A stretch of 64,000 nt of DNA, taken from a virus (Duplodnaviria > Caudoviricetes). The DNA is taken from positions 1 to 64,000 of the IMG/VR virus record IMGVR_UViG_3300009031_000368. One strand, 5' to 3'. Shown here one piece after another: positions 42,992 to 53,463 of this stretch (position 1 is the first letter of the stretch; each line of letters starts with the position of its first letter). The translations under genes and the position numbers were made by a program. A model generated the notes under the pieces. It was given only the letters and a program-made list of their open reading frames with translations, was not told the DNA's origin and did no database searches.

Positions 42992-43144
42992 TCAATGTCT
43001 TGCAATATATTCATCAATCGCGACAGCCATTAACCGCATTGGGTCCATCTTCAGCTTTTGGGCTGATTCCATGATGGATTCCCATGTTGGTTTTGGAAGT
43101 AATATCATTCTTACTTCCGGTTCTTCCTGTCGCTGGTTTTGCAT
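42992..43144 (-). CDS. small ribbon-helix-helix-like protein
   Basis: hand-translated 50 aa, MQNQRQEEPEVRMILLPKPTWESIMESAQKLKMDPMRLMAVAIDEYIARH; fills the gap exactly. Confidence 0.55.
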   Translation of the reverse strand: MQNQRQEEPEVRMILLPKPTWESIMESAQKLKMDPMRLMAVAIDEYIARH

Positions 43145-43159
43145 TTTAACCGGCACACA

Positions 43160-43633
43160 TTATCCAATCATGCTTTTGGCAATTTGTTTGAAGTCGTTCC
43201 CGCTAACCCATCCAAATCGTGCATTCAATTGCGCAATCTTGCTCAGCTCATGGTTTAGCCGGTCGGGTTCCGTCCCGTTAACTGCTTGCTCGATCAAACA
43301 TTCCACTTTAACGACATTCGGGTCCTTCATGCTGGCAAGGTCTCTGACGTCCCAGGAATTCTGTTTTACCGTCATAACTGATTGACCTTCGAGAATCAAC
43401 GACAACGTGTCTCCATCAACATCGGCTTCAACGATATTGATGCCCTTTAGTCCAAGCTGCTTTGAAACAGCTCCATATACCTGTTCACACTCGCGCCTAG
43501 ACTTGAATCCAGACAATTCCAGATGACATTGCTCATCATTATAAATCTGAGCCTGAATGCCACTGCTTTCGAGTTTGAACAACATATTGCCCAGTTGGCT
43601 CCTAAGTTGTCTTTCATTAAGTTCTAACTGCAT
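43160..43633 (-). CDS. hypothetical protein
   Basis: 157 aa; N-terminus MQLELNE|R. Confidence 0.6.
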   Translation of the reverse strand: MQLELNERQLRSQLGNMLFKLESSGIQAQIYNDEQCHLELSGFKSRRECEQVYGAVSKQLGLKGINIVEADVDGDTLSLILEGQSVMTVKQNSWDVRDLASMKDPNVVKVECLIEQAVNGTEPDRLNHELSKIAQLNARFGWVSGNDFKQIAKSMIG

Positions 43634-43644
43634 AACTTCCTCAT

Positions 43645-44292
43645 TTATTTAGGTGGCATCAGATAGTCTAATGCGCCCCAACTTGAACTATTTTGTTTTA
43701 CTTCTAAACTGTCACGGCTATGCCAAAACACCTTACCGTCTTCTTGCACTATCTCTACGAAAGAAAGCGAAGCATCCATTCTTCGTGGGGAACCATCGGG
43801 CCAAAAATCTTTATACTGTTTTTCACAACTGGTCAATACACACAGGATGTCATCATCGCCATAAAAGCCTAACTGTAACCCGGGCAATACCAATAGCAAT
43901 GTTGGTGGAGACATCGATCTGCCGTTTTTAACATAGAGTGGATAACTATACCAGTCTAACCATTTGGCTACCGCTCTAAGATCTGGATTACGCTTTCTAT
44001 CAAAAACAGCCTCCGGAACATTCCCTGTCGCAATATCTGATGGTGTAATGTTCCCATTAATATCTCTCGAAAACTGTGCTGTAAACGATATGGTGCGTTC
44101 ACCGCCACTAGACCAATACACGAGTGGATGTGATCCACCAGGAATCTGTTCAAAATTCCAACCAATCTGCCTTGAATCTGAAATCTCGGCAGGATGATAT
44201 TGGAATGCCTGGGGCAACATACCGGTCACACCTGTTTTATTGATTAAGCCACCAGCAGGCATCAAGTATCCAATTTTAGGTTTAGTTTTCAT
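43645..44292 (-). CDS. CIS-tube-like baseplate/tube-initiator protein (Pvc7/Afp7, gp48/54-like)
   Basis: IPGGSHPLVYWSSGGERTISF, PPTLLLV and CVLTS...FWPDGSPRRMDASLSFVE. Confidence 0.75.
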   Translation of the reverse strand: MKTKPKIGYLMPAGGLINKTGVTGMLPQAFQYHPAEISDSRQIGWNFEQIPGGSHPLVYWSSGGERTISFTAQFSRDINGNITPSDIATGNVPEAVFDRKRNPDLRAVAKWLDWYSYPLYVKNGRSMSPPTLLLVLPGLQLGFYGDDDILCVLTSCEKQYKDFWPDGSPRRMDASLSFVEIVQEDGKVFWHSRDSLEVKQNSSSWGALDYLMPPK

Positions 44293-44331
44293 ATTTCAAT
44301 ACTATTGTAATGATAACTGTTTGTCTACAGG

Positions 44332-46245
44332 CTACATCATGGTTCCTGCAATTTCAACAACATCATATGTCATAATAAGCGCAGAGATGCCGGCGTCTTG
44401 AGAACCATCGTCGGCAACAACTATCTTCCAATAGTATTCATATCCTGATTCGCTTGTTATTTCATGGTTAACATCAAAACTGCTACCTTCTCCCAGCTCT
44501 TCTCCAATATGTGTTGAAAATTCAGCTGAGACAAAACTATCCACATAGGTTCCGACATTTCTTTTTATAAGACGTGCCGTAACGGGATAATCTTCCAAAA
44601 GACCCATCTTCCAAAAGAAACGGACAGTTTCTATCGAACACGGTGGGACCGTTATGGGAATATAGAACGTTGCCGTTCCGGCTAGCGGTAGTGTGACGTA
44701 TGGGGAACCGGAATCTGTTGCCGATGCCAACAACGAACTACTATTGGAAGCAGCAATGCCAAGCCATCCATCACAGTGCATTGATTTATAAAATGTCTGT
44801 GCAGAATTATACTCAACACCCTCTAACGATACTACACCGGCATCAATCGTTGCAGTATCGACGCCATCGGTAACAGTCATGGCACCGGTAAGCTGCATAT
44901 CTCCTTCTAACGTGACATCACCATAGGATGCAAATGAGCCATAATGAGTCAAATCTATTTCAATAGACTCGGTGCCAATTTGAAACATATTGACAAGTGC
45001 TGTCGCGCCACCGTTTGGCCTTGAAAGATATAGCTTGCCGTCAGTGTGTTGATGCAATACAAAATCGCTATAACCTGAATCTCGTGATTCAATATGTATT
45101 CGATTTGTCCTTTTAGTGGCGGCCCTATAGCGAGATACACCGTCACGCCAGCCTGGTTCATTTCCACCATATGGTTTGGCATATATTTGGATTCCATCAA
45201 TCGTAATGGTTCCATACGTGCTATCAACAGTATCGTCTTGTCGATCAAATAATAGTTCTATTCTTGCACTTCTAGCCGTTGCTGGTGCCTGTGTATTTCT
45301 AGACGCTCCGCTATGCACAACGATGTCGCCAGTCATCAATATCCATTCACTATCTGCCAAATCGGCAATATCGTATTCATCATTAGCGCGGTAGTGAAAA
45401 TATCCAATACTGCTTAACGTTGCAGTTTCCGAATAAAACCTTACCAGAAATCTGAAACTATTATAGACGCCGGCCGTATCGGTGAGCCGGCATTCAGTAA
45501 GTAATGCGCTACGCTTAATCCAAAAAGAGGCCGACAGCTGCTCGCCGGCGTTTACATAGAATCCGCCTCGTTGTTTTACGTATCCGGTATAGCAATCATT
45601 GTAATCAACCTGAAGTGCATTTGATTGCGCGACACCGGCTCCTGTTGAAAATCCAAGCCATGCTGTTTCAGATGTTGTTGGCGTGCTGCCAACAGCAGTG
45701 CTGGATAATTCCCATCCATCGTTATCGTTAAAATCGTGCTCGATCAGTGGAAGCCATCCGGTTTCATCGTGCGATTTCCATTTCCACTGATCGTCTCTAC
45801 ACCAATAGCCGATATATCCATCAGTAACATTGTAACAAAAGGCAAGGATTGCACTATTGGTTGTCCCGTCATCGTATTCGGCTTGTGTATACACCTTCCA
45901 TTTTGCAGATGTCGACGTATCGCTGGCGAAAATGTGCTCCACGCCAACGTATACGGTACCGGTTAATCCTTCTGGAAATACCAGCGAGACATCGGATGAT
46001 TCCCTATATGTCAATCCATATGGATCGTCCGCACTAGCTTGACGTAACACCATTGCGCTATCTTGTGAGAGTGGATCCACGGAAAGAGTAACTATGTTTC
46101 CGCCTTCGACCGTAGGTGTAAAACCTCGCACGACACCACGGGCATTTACAGCGCCCGTTTTTCTATTGGACGCAATAGAAAATTGTGGAGACTTCCATCC
46201 CACTGAAAGCTTTTCGCTATTGATGGTAGCTAAATCGGTTGCCAT
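44332..46245 (-). CDS. tail fibre / receptor-binding-like protein
   Basis: 637 aa, S/T/G/D-rich, central jelly-roll CBM-like region; follows the gpI-like wedge gene. Confidence 0.55.
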   Translation of the reverse strand: MATDLATINSEKLSVGWKSPQFSIASNRKTGAVNARGVVRGFTPTVEGGNIVTLSVDPLSQDSAMVLRQASADDPYGLTYRESSDVSLVFPEGLTGTVYVGVEHIFASDTSTSAKWKVYTQAEYDDGTTNSAILAFCYNVTDGYIGYWCRDDQWKWKSHDETGWLPLIEHDFNDNDGWELSSTAVGSTPTTSETAWLGFSTGAGVAQSNALQVDYNDCYTGYVKQRGGFYVNAGEQLSASFWIKRSALLTECRLTDTAGVYNSFRFLVRFYSETATLSSIGYFHYRANDEYDIADLADSEWILMTGDIVVHSGASRNTQAPATARSARIELLFDRQDDTVDSTYGTITIDGIQIYAKPYGGNEPGWRDGVSRYRAATKRTNRIHIESRDSGYSDFVLHQHTDGKLYLSRPNGGATALVNMFQIGTESIEIDLTHYGSFASYGDVTLEGDMQLTGAMTVTDGVDTATIDAGVVSLEGVEYNSAQTFYKSMHCDGWLGIAASNSSSLLASATDSGSPYVTLPLAGTATFYIPITVPPCSIETVRFFWKMGLLEDYPVTARLIKRNVGTYVDSFVSAEFSTHIGEELGEGSSFDVNHEITSESGYEYYWKIVVADDGSQDAGISALIMTYDVVEIAGTMM

Positions 46246-46246
46246 T

Positions 46247-47488
46247 CTATACCTCTGTTACATCTACGAACATGACATGCGCCGGCTTGACATCATTTAA
46301 TTTACCAATCAAGCGTGTACCGGCATCTCCTGGATCTTCTTCAACTGTTTCAAACGTATCATTCTGTTCAATTATCAACTTAACCAGATTAGATTTGCAC
46401 CACATACTTGATTCCACAACCGGTGGATTGTATCGAAACGTGCATGCGCCCATCTGTGGTTCAATTGAGCCACGGACGGTAAAAATACGATCCGTCAATT
46501 GGGACTCAAGCGCAAATTCGCTTCCCGATGAATCTATAATGGTCCAATTGGACACATCGGCTATTTCGACAACGGCCACATGTGCTTCAATCTGGTATTC
46601 AGAATCAACCGTCAATTCACCGTCCGGAACAACGACATCGGTCAACAAATATGTCGTTATGTCGAGAAGACTTGCATCAATATCTCGTGACAATGTGTCG
46701 GCCGGAATAAAATCTGTCGTGTATTCGTCAAACAAAACAAATCTAGGGGCAATAACCGTATAATACGTTCCAGAGCCATCCGGATATTGAAAGTATTCAT
46801 CATCAGACAATTCACTTAACCATATTGGATCAATCTTCCAGCACGGATAAACGGCAACATCATAACCTGACATCCTACCACGGTACGCATATCCGGTATT
46901 GGCCCCTTTAACGTTTAACCACGAAACCGCATGTTCCAATTCACCGCGCATGAAGGTATCATTGAAGTATCGGTCTGGTGTAAGTCCATAATCGGCATAC
47001 AGGGTTGACAGTTGTTCTGGACGATAGAATGAAGCCGTCCCGACAGATGGCTCCACGATGCCCGTTACATCAATTCGATTTTCATACCGGTTGACGCGAA
47101 TTACCGTATACGTTGTGTCATTTATTTCTGTCTTCCAATCAGCGCCAATATCAACAGGACTGGTCGCGCAAAACAGTTGTATGTGCTGCCCCCATCCATC
47201 AGAATCGGCATCGAGTATCTTTTCCGTGGATGTTATCTCAATCGATTCCGTTACCGAATACTTTGATGTCACGAAGCCTGGATGTCGTAGACTGGTAAAA
47301 TCTCTTACACGTTGAAGCAAAAAATCTAATGATGGCTTAATGGCATCAAGGATTGCGGCAAAATATCCGCCAGCATCCTCATCGGTTTTACGGCTTACCG
47401 GTGGAACATTTTCATGCAGCACAAGTTTTGACCAATCGGCCCTTCCAAATGGTCCTTGACCAAATTTACCACGTCCAAATCCGGCCAT
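46247..47488 (-). CDS. baseplate wedge protein (P2 gpI / gp7-like)
   Basis: WLNVKGA...GYDV segment and terminal LNDVKPAHV motif; position in the baseplate block. Confidence 0.7.
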   Translation of the reverse strand: MAGFGRGKFGQGPFGRADWSKLVLHENVPPVSRKTDEDAGGYFAAILDAIKPSLDFLLQRVRDFTSLRHPGFVTSKYSVTESIEITSTEKILDADSDGWGQHIQLFCATSPVDIGADWKTEINDTTYTVIRVNRYENRIDVTGIVEPSVGTASFYRPEQLSTLYADYGLTPDRYFNDTFMRGELEHAVSWLNVKGANTGYAYRGRMSGYDVAVYPCWKIDPIWLSELSDDEYFQYPDGSGTYYTVIAPRFVLFDEYTTDFIPADTLSRDIDASLLDITTYLLTDVVVPDGELTVDSEYQIEAHVAVVEIADVSNWTIIDSSGSEFALESQLTDRIFTVRGSIEPQMGACTFRYNPPVVESSMWCKSNLVKLIIEQNDTFETVEEDPGDAGTRLIGKLNDVKPAHVMFVDVTEV

Positions 47489-47491
47489 ATG

Positions 47492-48073
47492 CTAGCCTCG
47501 CACTACGCGCATTGCTTGCCATGAATCACCATCACTGAATGTAATAACAAATCGCTCAATGTTTTTTGCACCATTTTTACCGTAACGTTTCACGAATTCA
47601 TCAACTAAGCTTTTTAGTGAACCTTTGGGACCAGATTGGCCAATCACTTGACCGTCTAGAAACATTAGTATGGCATTACTGCTTGTGACATTATAGACTG
47701 GAAACTTCTTACCATTTATTGTAACATACCTAACCATTTGGCCTGAGTTGCCATCAGTCGATTTGACAATCTCAATAGTTCCTCGATATGAACCTATAGA
47801 AGTGGATTCAACGATTGATTCTGCAATCAATTGCACCAAATAGGAAGTGTCGATACATTCTTGTTTATTCATATTTACCAACCCTTGTCGTTGCAACACA
47901 GCATGTGCTGAAGCGTAGGCTCTCGACTTATCGCCGGTTCGATTCAATACACTGTTTACAACATGCATAAATTGCCTGGCTTGTCTTTCCGGCACATTGC
48001 CATATGTCTTGCCAAGCTTCCTTTTCTTTCTAACTACATCTTTTCTAACCGTCGTATCGTATGGTACCGGCAT
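47492..48073 (-). CDS. ChaB-like N-terminal domain protein
   Basis: MPVPY...NVPERQARQFMHVVNSV...KSRAYASAHAVL resembles ChaB; followed by LIAE|SIVE|S. Confidence 0.55.
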   Translation of the reverse strand: MPVPYDTTVRKDVVRKKRKLGKTYGNVPERQARQFMHVVNSVLNRTGDKSRAYASAHAVLQRQGLVNMNKQECIDTSYLVQLIAESIVESTSIGSYRGTIEIVKSTDGNSGQMVRYVTINGKKFPVYNVTSSNAILMFLDGQVIGQSGPKGSLKSLVDEFVKRYGKNGAKNIERFVITFSDGDSWQAMRVVRG

Positions 48074-48089
48074 AGACCTCCTTCAATCA

Positions 48090-48842
48090 TCATTCTGCAT
48101 GATATTTAACAATAAGTGTGCTTCCAGCCAAAGGGACATCTGTTGTTGTAAATGTACCCAACGTTGAATCTGTTTCAACAAACCCGTTACCATTAAATCC
48201 AACCATCCGGCCATCAAGATAGACTTCCAAAGTATCACCAGAATACGGTTCAGAAATGGTAAATAGATTTGCAACACCATCTACTTGATCCGATAAATCT
48301 TCCTTTTGCTTTTCACTCAACGTTTTAATCTGAGTCTGTGTGACGAATGGATTAAGACTGCTTGGACTACTGGCACCATTAAGCGCATCAACGATATCAT
48401 CACTAAGCGCTAAATCGGAACCCGATGGGCCTAATCCGTTTCGCCAAACCAGCTGACCGCCATCTCGGCGAGCAATTGCAAGCGCATTGTGATCGGATGG
48501 CACATTATCGGCAACAGTAGCCGTTAGACTGTATGATGTCGTCGCATACCGGGTAACCGTTACATAAAGCACTTGTCCATCTTCAATTGTTACTGAGCCG
48601 GCCGCCAGACTGCCTGAACCGCCAACGATTGGAGAAATAATCTTAATCGGACTAGACCATGTCAACGTGTCGGTGCCGCTATCCCAATCAATGGTGCCAC
48701 CACCTGAAATAAATAGGTTTCTATCTTCTCTGGTCGGATATATACATCCATCAAGAAAGGACATAAGTGTTTCAAATGCATCCCACCACGGGTCAATATC
48801 TTGTGATGGATATGGTATTCCAATACGCGACGTTTCAGGCAT
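48090..48842 (-). CDS. virion structural protein (baseplate/fibre associated)
   Basis: 250 aa beta-rich; C-terminal FTISEPYSGDTLEVYLDG...FTTTDVPLAGSTLIVKY module. Confidence 0.55.
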   Translation of the reverse strand: MPETSRIGIPYPSQDIDPWWDAFETLMSFLDGCIYPTREDRNLFISGGGTIDWDSGTDTLTWSSPIKIISPIVGGSGSLAAGSVTIEDGQVLYVTVTRYATTSYSLTATVADNVPSDHNALAIARRDGGQLVWRNGLGPSGSDLALSDDIVDALNGASSPSSLNPFVTQTQIKTLSEKQKEDLSDQVDGVANLFTISEPYSGDTLEVYLDGRMVGFNGNGFVETDSTLGTFTTTDVPLAGSTLIVKYHAE

Positions 48843-50938
48843 CAGACAACCTCTGTAACCGTTATGGTTCCCTTTGTTATCGTTTCATAACTGGCAACAA
48901 CTATATTGCCATCACCATCCACATAACCGGACGGCCCAAGTGTGACGTTAAGATAGTCAATGCCATCGATTTCATTCTTGATATCATATACGGTTTGCAG
49001 CATCAAACCATCTCCAGGCGTATTGTCTTTCAATAACTCTTGCACATACACGTCAACCTGTGACAGTATTGTTGTCGATACATAGTTTCGACTGACTTTA
49101 ACCTTAACGGTAACGTCAAGTTCAACAAGGTCATCTGCACCCGATACAACATTAATTGTATGTGTAACATCTTTCCTGGCATCTAGATACGTTTGAAGCG
49201 CTCGTATCAAGCCATTGCTCGGCGCGACATAAAAACCATCACCATCTTTTGCAAGAATCGGTACCGACACAATGTTTGATTCCGTATTTGATGCCCAATG
49301 AGTATTGATGTGTTCAGCGATTGAATCTGTAAGTTCCGAGATATCATCGCTATAACCATCTATCGATGATTCAATTCCTGTCATAGATGTATTGATTGTT
49401 GCAATAAGTGTCGTCAACGATGTGGTGGCTACATCTATCGTTTCTAGTCCCGTCGTAACATCTTCATTAACATCACTAAGAACTTCAATTTCCGATGAAA
49501 CAGAATCCGAACTATTTTGAATGCTGCCGACAAGTGCATTAATCAACACCACGAGGCTTTTTATTTCAGTTGCGATTGACGTTACATCATTAACCAGATT
49601 TGTAGTTCCACCAGTTAGCGTTTCATCTGTCAATATTTCGGCAGTATCTGATATGATGCTATCCGCTTTAGCAGATACCGTATTGGCCTTAATGTTGATC
49701 GATGACGCATACCCGTTTATAGCCGTCAATAATGACACTACATTGATTTGTGTAGAAGCTATCGTGTCATTGGCATCAGATATATCATCATGTGCATCCT
49801 CGACTGATGTAATCTGGCTGGTAGCCGATGCAATGTCAGCTTGAACGGCTGCTACATAACCGTTTACTTCACTGACCGTGTCTGAAATATAATTATTGAT
49901 TCTGGTCAGGTCGGCGCGCAGCTCAATATCCTCTTCATAGCTTCTCGTATTGACCGCTGACGCCATAGCCGGTTGACCATATTGACCGTCTACGAAATTG
50001 ATGGCAAGACCTTCATAATCCGATTCAGTTACTGCAACATCTCTGGCCGAATAATACTTTGGCGCATTAGCCTTTATCGACTCCAGAGATTCTGGATCAT
50101 CGCCACCAGATGCCGCATCTGGTTGAGATATCGATAAACTGATCGTCGTTCCTTTTACGATCAAAGGGATACTGGTTGACGTGATTTGACTTGATGTAAT
50201 GTTACCTAGAAGTCCGCTACCTGCCCGATACGTGACTCTTATTTCACCATCTACCGTTGGAATATTGCCAGCTATGCCGTCCCCAAAGCGCAATACCGTG
50301 GGTTCTTCCTCGTATTCGATTTCATACTGATCCGTTTGCTCAGCCGACAGAATATCTGATTCAGTCCATGTTGATGAATCAACGACCACCGTTATCGAAC
50401 CAGACGTTATGTATTTATCAGACGATACTGGCAGTTTGAAACGCTGATTGGCTGTGCCATCTGATACAAACGTTACTGACTTTGTTTCACCTTCCGATAC
50501 ATCTACATCTTGAGCAGACGTTACACCGGCCGACCAGGTGGTGGACTGTGTGGTTTCAAATACAAGCCCACTGATGGAAACAAACTTAAACCCAACCGGT
50601 ATCCTGACATCAAATCCATACGTGTTCTGAAGAGAAACCGATAACGTGGTTGATGCCGATGTGGCTCGCGATGGCTTATACCCAAGCGCGCGCACAATAC
50701 GAGCAGCAATAGATCTCTTTGTGCAGCTGTCAAGATATGACTCATTCGTTTGACGGTCAAGATACCATGACATTGAATGTAGTGCATAACTGACGAGGTC
50801 TGTGATGATTCTTAATGGATCAGTATGTGATGCATTATTGATCACGGAACCAAAAGTTGTGCTTAGACGATTTATGATATCATCGTAAAACGTATCGTAA
50901 TCTTTTCCGACATACAATATTTTATTTAACTGCGACAT
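48842..50938 (-). CDS. baseplate J-like / gp6-like wedge protein
   Basis: KDYDTF, ALGYKPSRATSA, SDGTANQRF, LRFGDGIAGNIP, GGDDPESLESIKANAP and AVTESDYE. Confidence 0.9.
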   Translation of the reverse strand: MSQLNKILYVGKDYDTFYDDIINRLSTTFGSVINNASHTDPLRIITDLVSYALHSMSWYLDRQTNESYLDSCTKRSIAARIVRALGYKPSRATSASTTLSVSLQNTYGFDVRIPVGFKFVSISGLVFETTQSTTWSAGVTSAQDVDVSEGETKSVTFVSDGTANQRFKLPVSSDKYITSGSITVVVDSSTWTESDILSAEQTDQYEIEYEEEPTVLRFGDGIAGNIPTVDGEIRVTYRAGSGLLGNITSSQITSTSIPLIVKGTTISLSISQPDAASGGDDPESLESIKANAPKYYSARDVAVTESDYEGLAINFVDGQYGQPAMASAVNTRSYEEDIELRADLTRINNYISDTVSEVNGYVAAVQADIASATSQITSVEDAHDDISDANDTIASTQINVVSLLTAINGYASSINIKANTVSAKADSIISDTAEILTDETLTGGTTNLVNDVTSIATEIKSLVVLINALVGSIQNSSDSVSSEIEVLSDVNEDVTTGLETIDVATTSLTTLIATINTSMTGIESSIDGYSDDISELTDSIAEHINTHWASNTESNIVSVPILAKDGDGFYVAPSNGLIRALQTYLDARKDVTHTINVVSGADDLVELDVTVKVKVSRNYVSTTILSQVDVYVQELLKDNTPGDGLMLQTVYDIKNEIDGIDYLNVTLGPSGYVDGDGNIVVASYETITKGTITVTEVV

Positions 50939-50946
50939 AGACTAAA

Positions 50947-51300
50947 CTACCTTGGAAGAGGAATTGTAATGTCTTCAATCTTATTGTTGAATTCATATTC
51001 GATGTAGACATTTATTTGAGTATCGGTTATTTCTGCCTTAACTGAAACCAATGTAACCCTTGGTTCTCCGACCCTTATTGCATTAATGATACTTCTTTTT
51101 ATCAACACCGCTGTTGCGACGTCGGCATTTTCAAACACATATTGATAAATGTCAGCACCTAACTGTGGACGCATACGGCGCTCTCCACGCTGTGTTTCCA
51201 ATATGGTTCTGATTGAAGCTGCAACGACGTCTTCATCATAAACTGTTTCAATAGTATTGACGTCTCCAAGCGTAATGGGCCATGCAATTCCTTTAAGCAT
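50947..51300 (-). CDS. gp25-like baseplate wedge subunit
   Basis: SIRTILETQRGERRMRPQLG and EPRVTL. Confidence 0.92.
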   Translation of the reverse strand: MLKGIAWPITLGDVNTIETVYDEDVVAASIRTILETQRGERRMRPQLGADIYQYVFENADVATAVLIKRSIINAIRVGEPRVTLVSVKAEITDTQINVYIEYEFNNKIEDITIPLPR

Positions 51301-51303
51301 ATC

Positions 51304-52182
51304 TTAACCTAACTTTACTTTTACCGATAACATATCCGGTGTTGGCGGTTTTAATGGAACGGTTGACGGTGATGTTGGATTCGTCGGCGTAGTGGTTAAA
51401 TGAACATGGCCAACGGCCCAGCCATAAAGTGTTGAAAGCCATGTATATAGATTATTACCCAACACGGCCTGTTGCCCGGACCCATTGATGTTTATAATAC
51501 CAGAATTGATGTCAACCTTACCGGTTGAGGATATCTCCAGCGCTGTTTTTGTTTCAATCTTCATTGATCCGTTATTCATATCTACTTTGTCGCCGGATGA
51601 TGTTTTTATTTCGCATCCAGTTGAATCCATCACTATACTGTTTTGATTTGAATCAACAACCGATATGGTGTCAAGTCCTATAGTGATTTCATCTTGATGT
51701 TTTGATGACAGCGTAATGATGCCTCCATTAATGACAACCGTTGCATCTCCGTCGTCGGCATGATGGGTTACCGTTATGGTGTCGGATGTTTCATCTATCA
51801 CGATGTTATGACCATGTGGTGTCACAATCCCGACAGCGTTATCCTGTTTGTCTCTAAAGGCTGTCGGAAGCTCATCCTTCCCATACCAGCCACCGATCCA
51901 GATTGGATTCTGTAACCTGCCGCCTTCAAACATAATCCAAACGGTATCTTTTACCTTGGGAACCTGATACCAACCATAGCCGTTACCGGCGAATGGAAAT
52001 ACCGGATATGCCCATGCTGAAAGCGGTGTTCCGTCATTACCGGTTCCAGGAACGATGACCTTTAACCTACATCTATTCTCTACATCTAGCTCTGATACTA
52101 CGCCGCGATAAACGCCATACCATAACCCATAGTATTCCAGCCCAAACCGCTTTATATTCTTAATAAAATCAACAAAACTCAT
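51304..52182 (-). CDS. baseplate spike (gp5/gpV/VgrG-type OB fold + beta-helix)
   Basis: YGVYRGVV, RLKVIVP, WAYP, VPKVKDTVWIMFEGG..NPIWIG; C-terminal GHVH metal-binding tip. Confidence 0.9.
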   Translation of the reverse strand: MSFVDFIKNIKRFGLEYYGLWYGVYRGVVSELDVENRCRLKVIVPGTGNDGTPLSAWAYPVFPFAGNGYGWYQVPKVKDTVWIMFEGGRLQNPIWIGGWYGKDELPTAFRDKQDNAVGIVTPHGHNIVIDETSDTITVTHHADDGDATVVINGGIITLSSKHQDEITIGLDTISVVDSNQNSIVMDSTGCEIKTSSGDKVDMNNGSMKIETKTALEISSTGKVDINSGIININGSGQQAVLGNNLYTWLSTLYGWAVGHVHLTTTPTNPTSPSTVPLKPPTPDMLSVKVKLG

Positions 52183-52184
52183 AG

Positions 52185-53462
52185 TTATTCCGGTCTATCT
52201 TTTGATGACGTGTATCCTGTCGCATTATCGGCTCTTTGTGCAAAATCCAATCCCTCACTATAGCCTTCACATCTTAATTCCAGACCTGTTGACCACTTCC
52301 CATCCGATATTTCGTGTTCAACCTGTTCAACCCTATATACACCTTCAAATCGTCTTGATACTCCGGCAATCTGTACAAGGTCCATCGGTTTTACATGAAT
52401 ATTGCCCAATATGCTTGCTGTTGCCTGTATGCCGGCCAATGCACGAGATTCATCGTATCTGGACTGAAGCGCATCTCTCTCCAACGATTTATTATCGCCT
52501 GTCGGCACATATGCGGACATCGGAACTTCGTAATCGTCTTCACGGATTCCTTTTGAATGGACCAAACCACTAAGGGAATCCTTTTTACCTTTTGAATCAT
52601 TACCGCCGTGCATCACTCTTGCCATCGGCGAAGGAACGTCTGAAGTACCATTATTCACCGAAATGGTTTCTATCTGCTTTGAATCGCGATCGATCTCTTT
52701 AGAGACAATGCCTTGACTGATGGCCGGCAACCATGCCTGCTTGGCATCGGCGTCAAATGAAAGAAGTGGATATTGGCTAATGGTGGGATCGAAAACACCA
52801 CGCATCACGAACCGGCGAACCGGAACCGAGGCATTCATTTTTTTTAAAGATGAAACGAATACGACAGACTTCCCGTCCCTATTGGTGCCAAACCAAAAAG
52901 TGCATCCGCGCTGTTCGATGACTCCTTTCATCGTTTCCCAATCGGTAACACCACCCTGATCAAGTGCAGGTATTTTGACTGCTAATTTTTGTATCGCGTC
53001 AGTATCACCGTCCATGTATTCCAAGTCATATCCAAACTTACGTGCAATTGATTGCGCAATATCGTGAGCAGACACATTGGACCAACTCTTGACTCCTGAA
53101 GTCCTCAGCATACTGTTCATCGGCTGGCCGGTTAATGTTACCGATACGGTATCTGGGCTAATCGGCACCGATGGCTCAAATACAAGCCCATGATACCATG
53201 GTGTATACAATCCTTCATCCTCGTAACCGAATCGAACCGACAGGATGTTGCCGATATCAAAAATGTGCGGTTGTCGGTTGTCGACAAGATCGATGAAATC
53301 ATCATATGGTATCGTCAACGATACTTCCACGGTCGCGATTCCGCCTCGATTCAAAGTAATCTTTGCTGATTGCAGATATGGGTAATCGGGTTGCCACAAG
53401 TCTATGACTTCCCCGGTGGCGACTTGTTTTATCCTTGCATATATGACGGCTGAGAGATACAT
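52185..53462 (-). CDS. baseplate hub protein (gpD / gp44 / gp27-like)
   Basis: SAHDIAQSIARKFG, QGGVTDW and GNIHVKPMDLVQIAGVSRRFEGVYRVEQVEHEIS. Confidence 0.88.
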   Translation of the reverse strand: MYLSAVIYARIKQVATGEVIDLWQPDYPYLQSAKITLNRGGIATVEVSLTIPYDDFIDLVDNRQPHIFDIGNILSVRFGYEDEGLYTPWYHGLVFEPSVPISPDTVSVTLTGQPMNSMLRTSGVKSWSNVSAHDIAQSIARKFGYDLEYMDGDTDAIQKLAVKIPALDQGGVTDWETMKGVIEQRGCTFWFGTNRDGKSVVFVSSLKKMNASVPVRRFVMRGVFDPTISQYPLLSFDADAKQAWLPAISQGIVSKEIDRDSKQIETISVNNGTSDVPSPMARVMHGGNDSKGKKDSLSGLVHSKGIREDDYEVPMSAYVPTGDNKSLERDALQSRYDESRALAGIQATASILGNIHVKPMDLVQIAGVSRRFEGVYRVEQVEHEISDGKWSTGLELRCEGYSEGLDFAQRADNATGYTSSKDRPE

Positions 53463-53463
53463 G

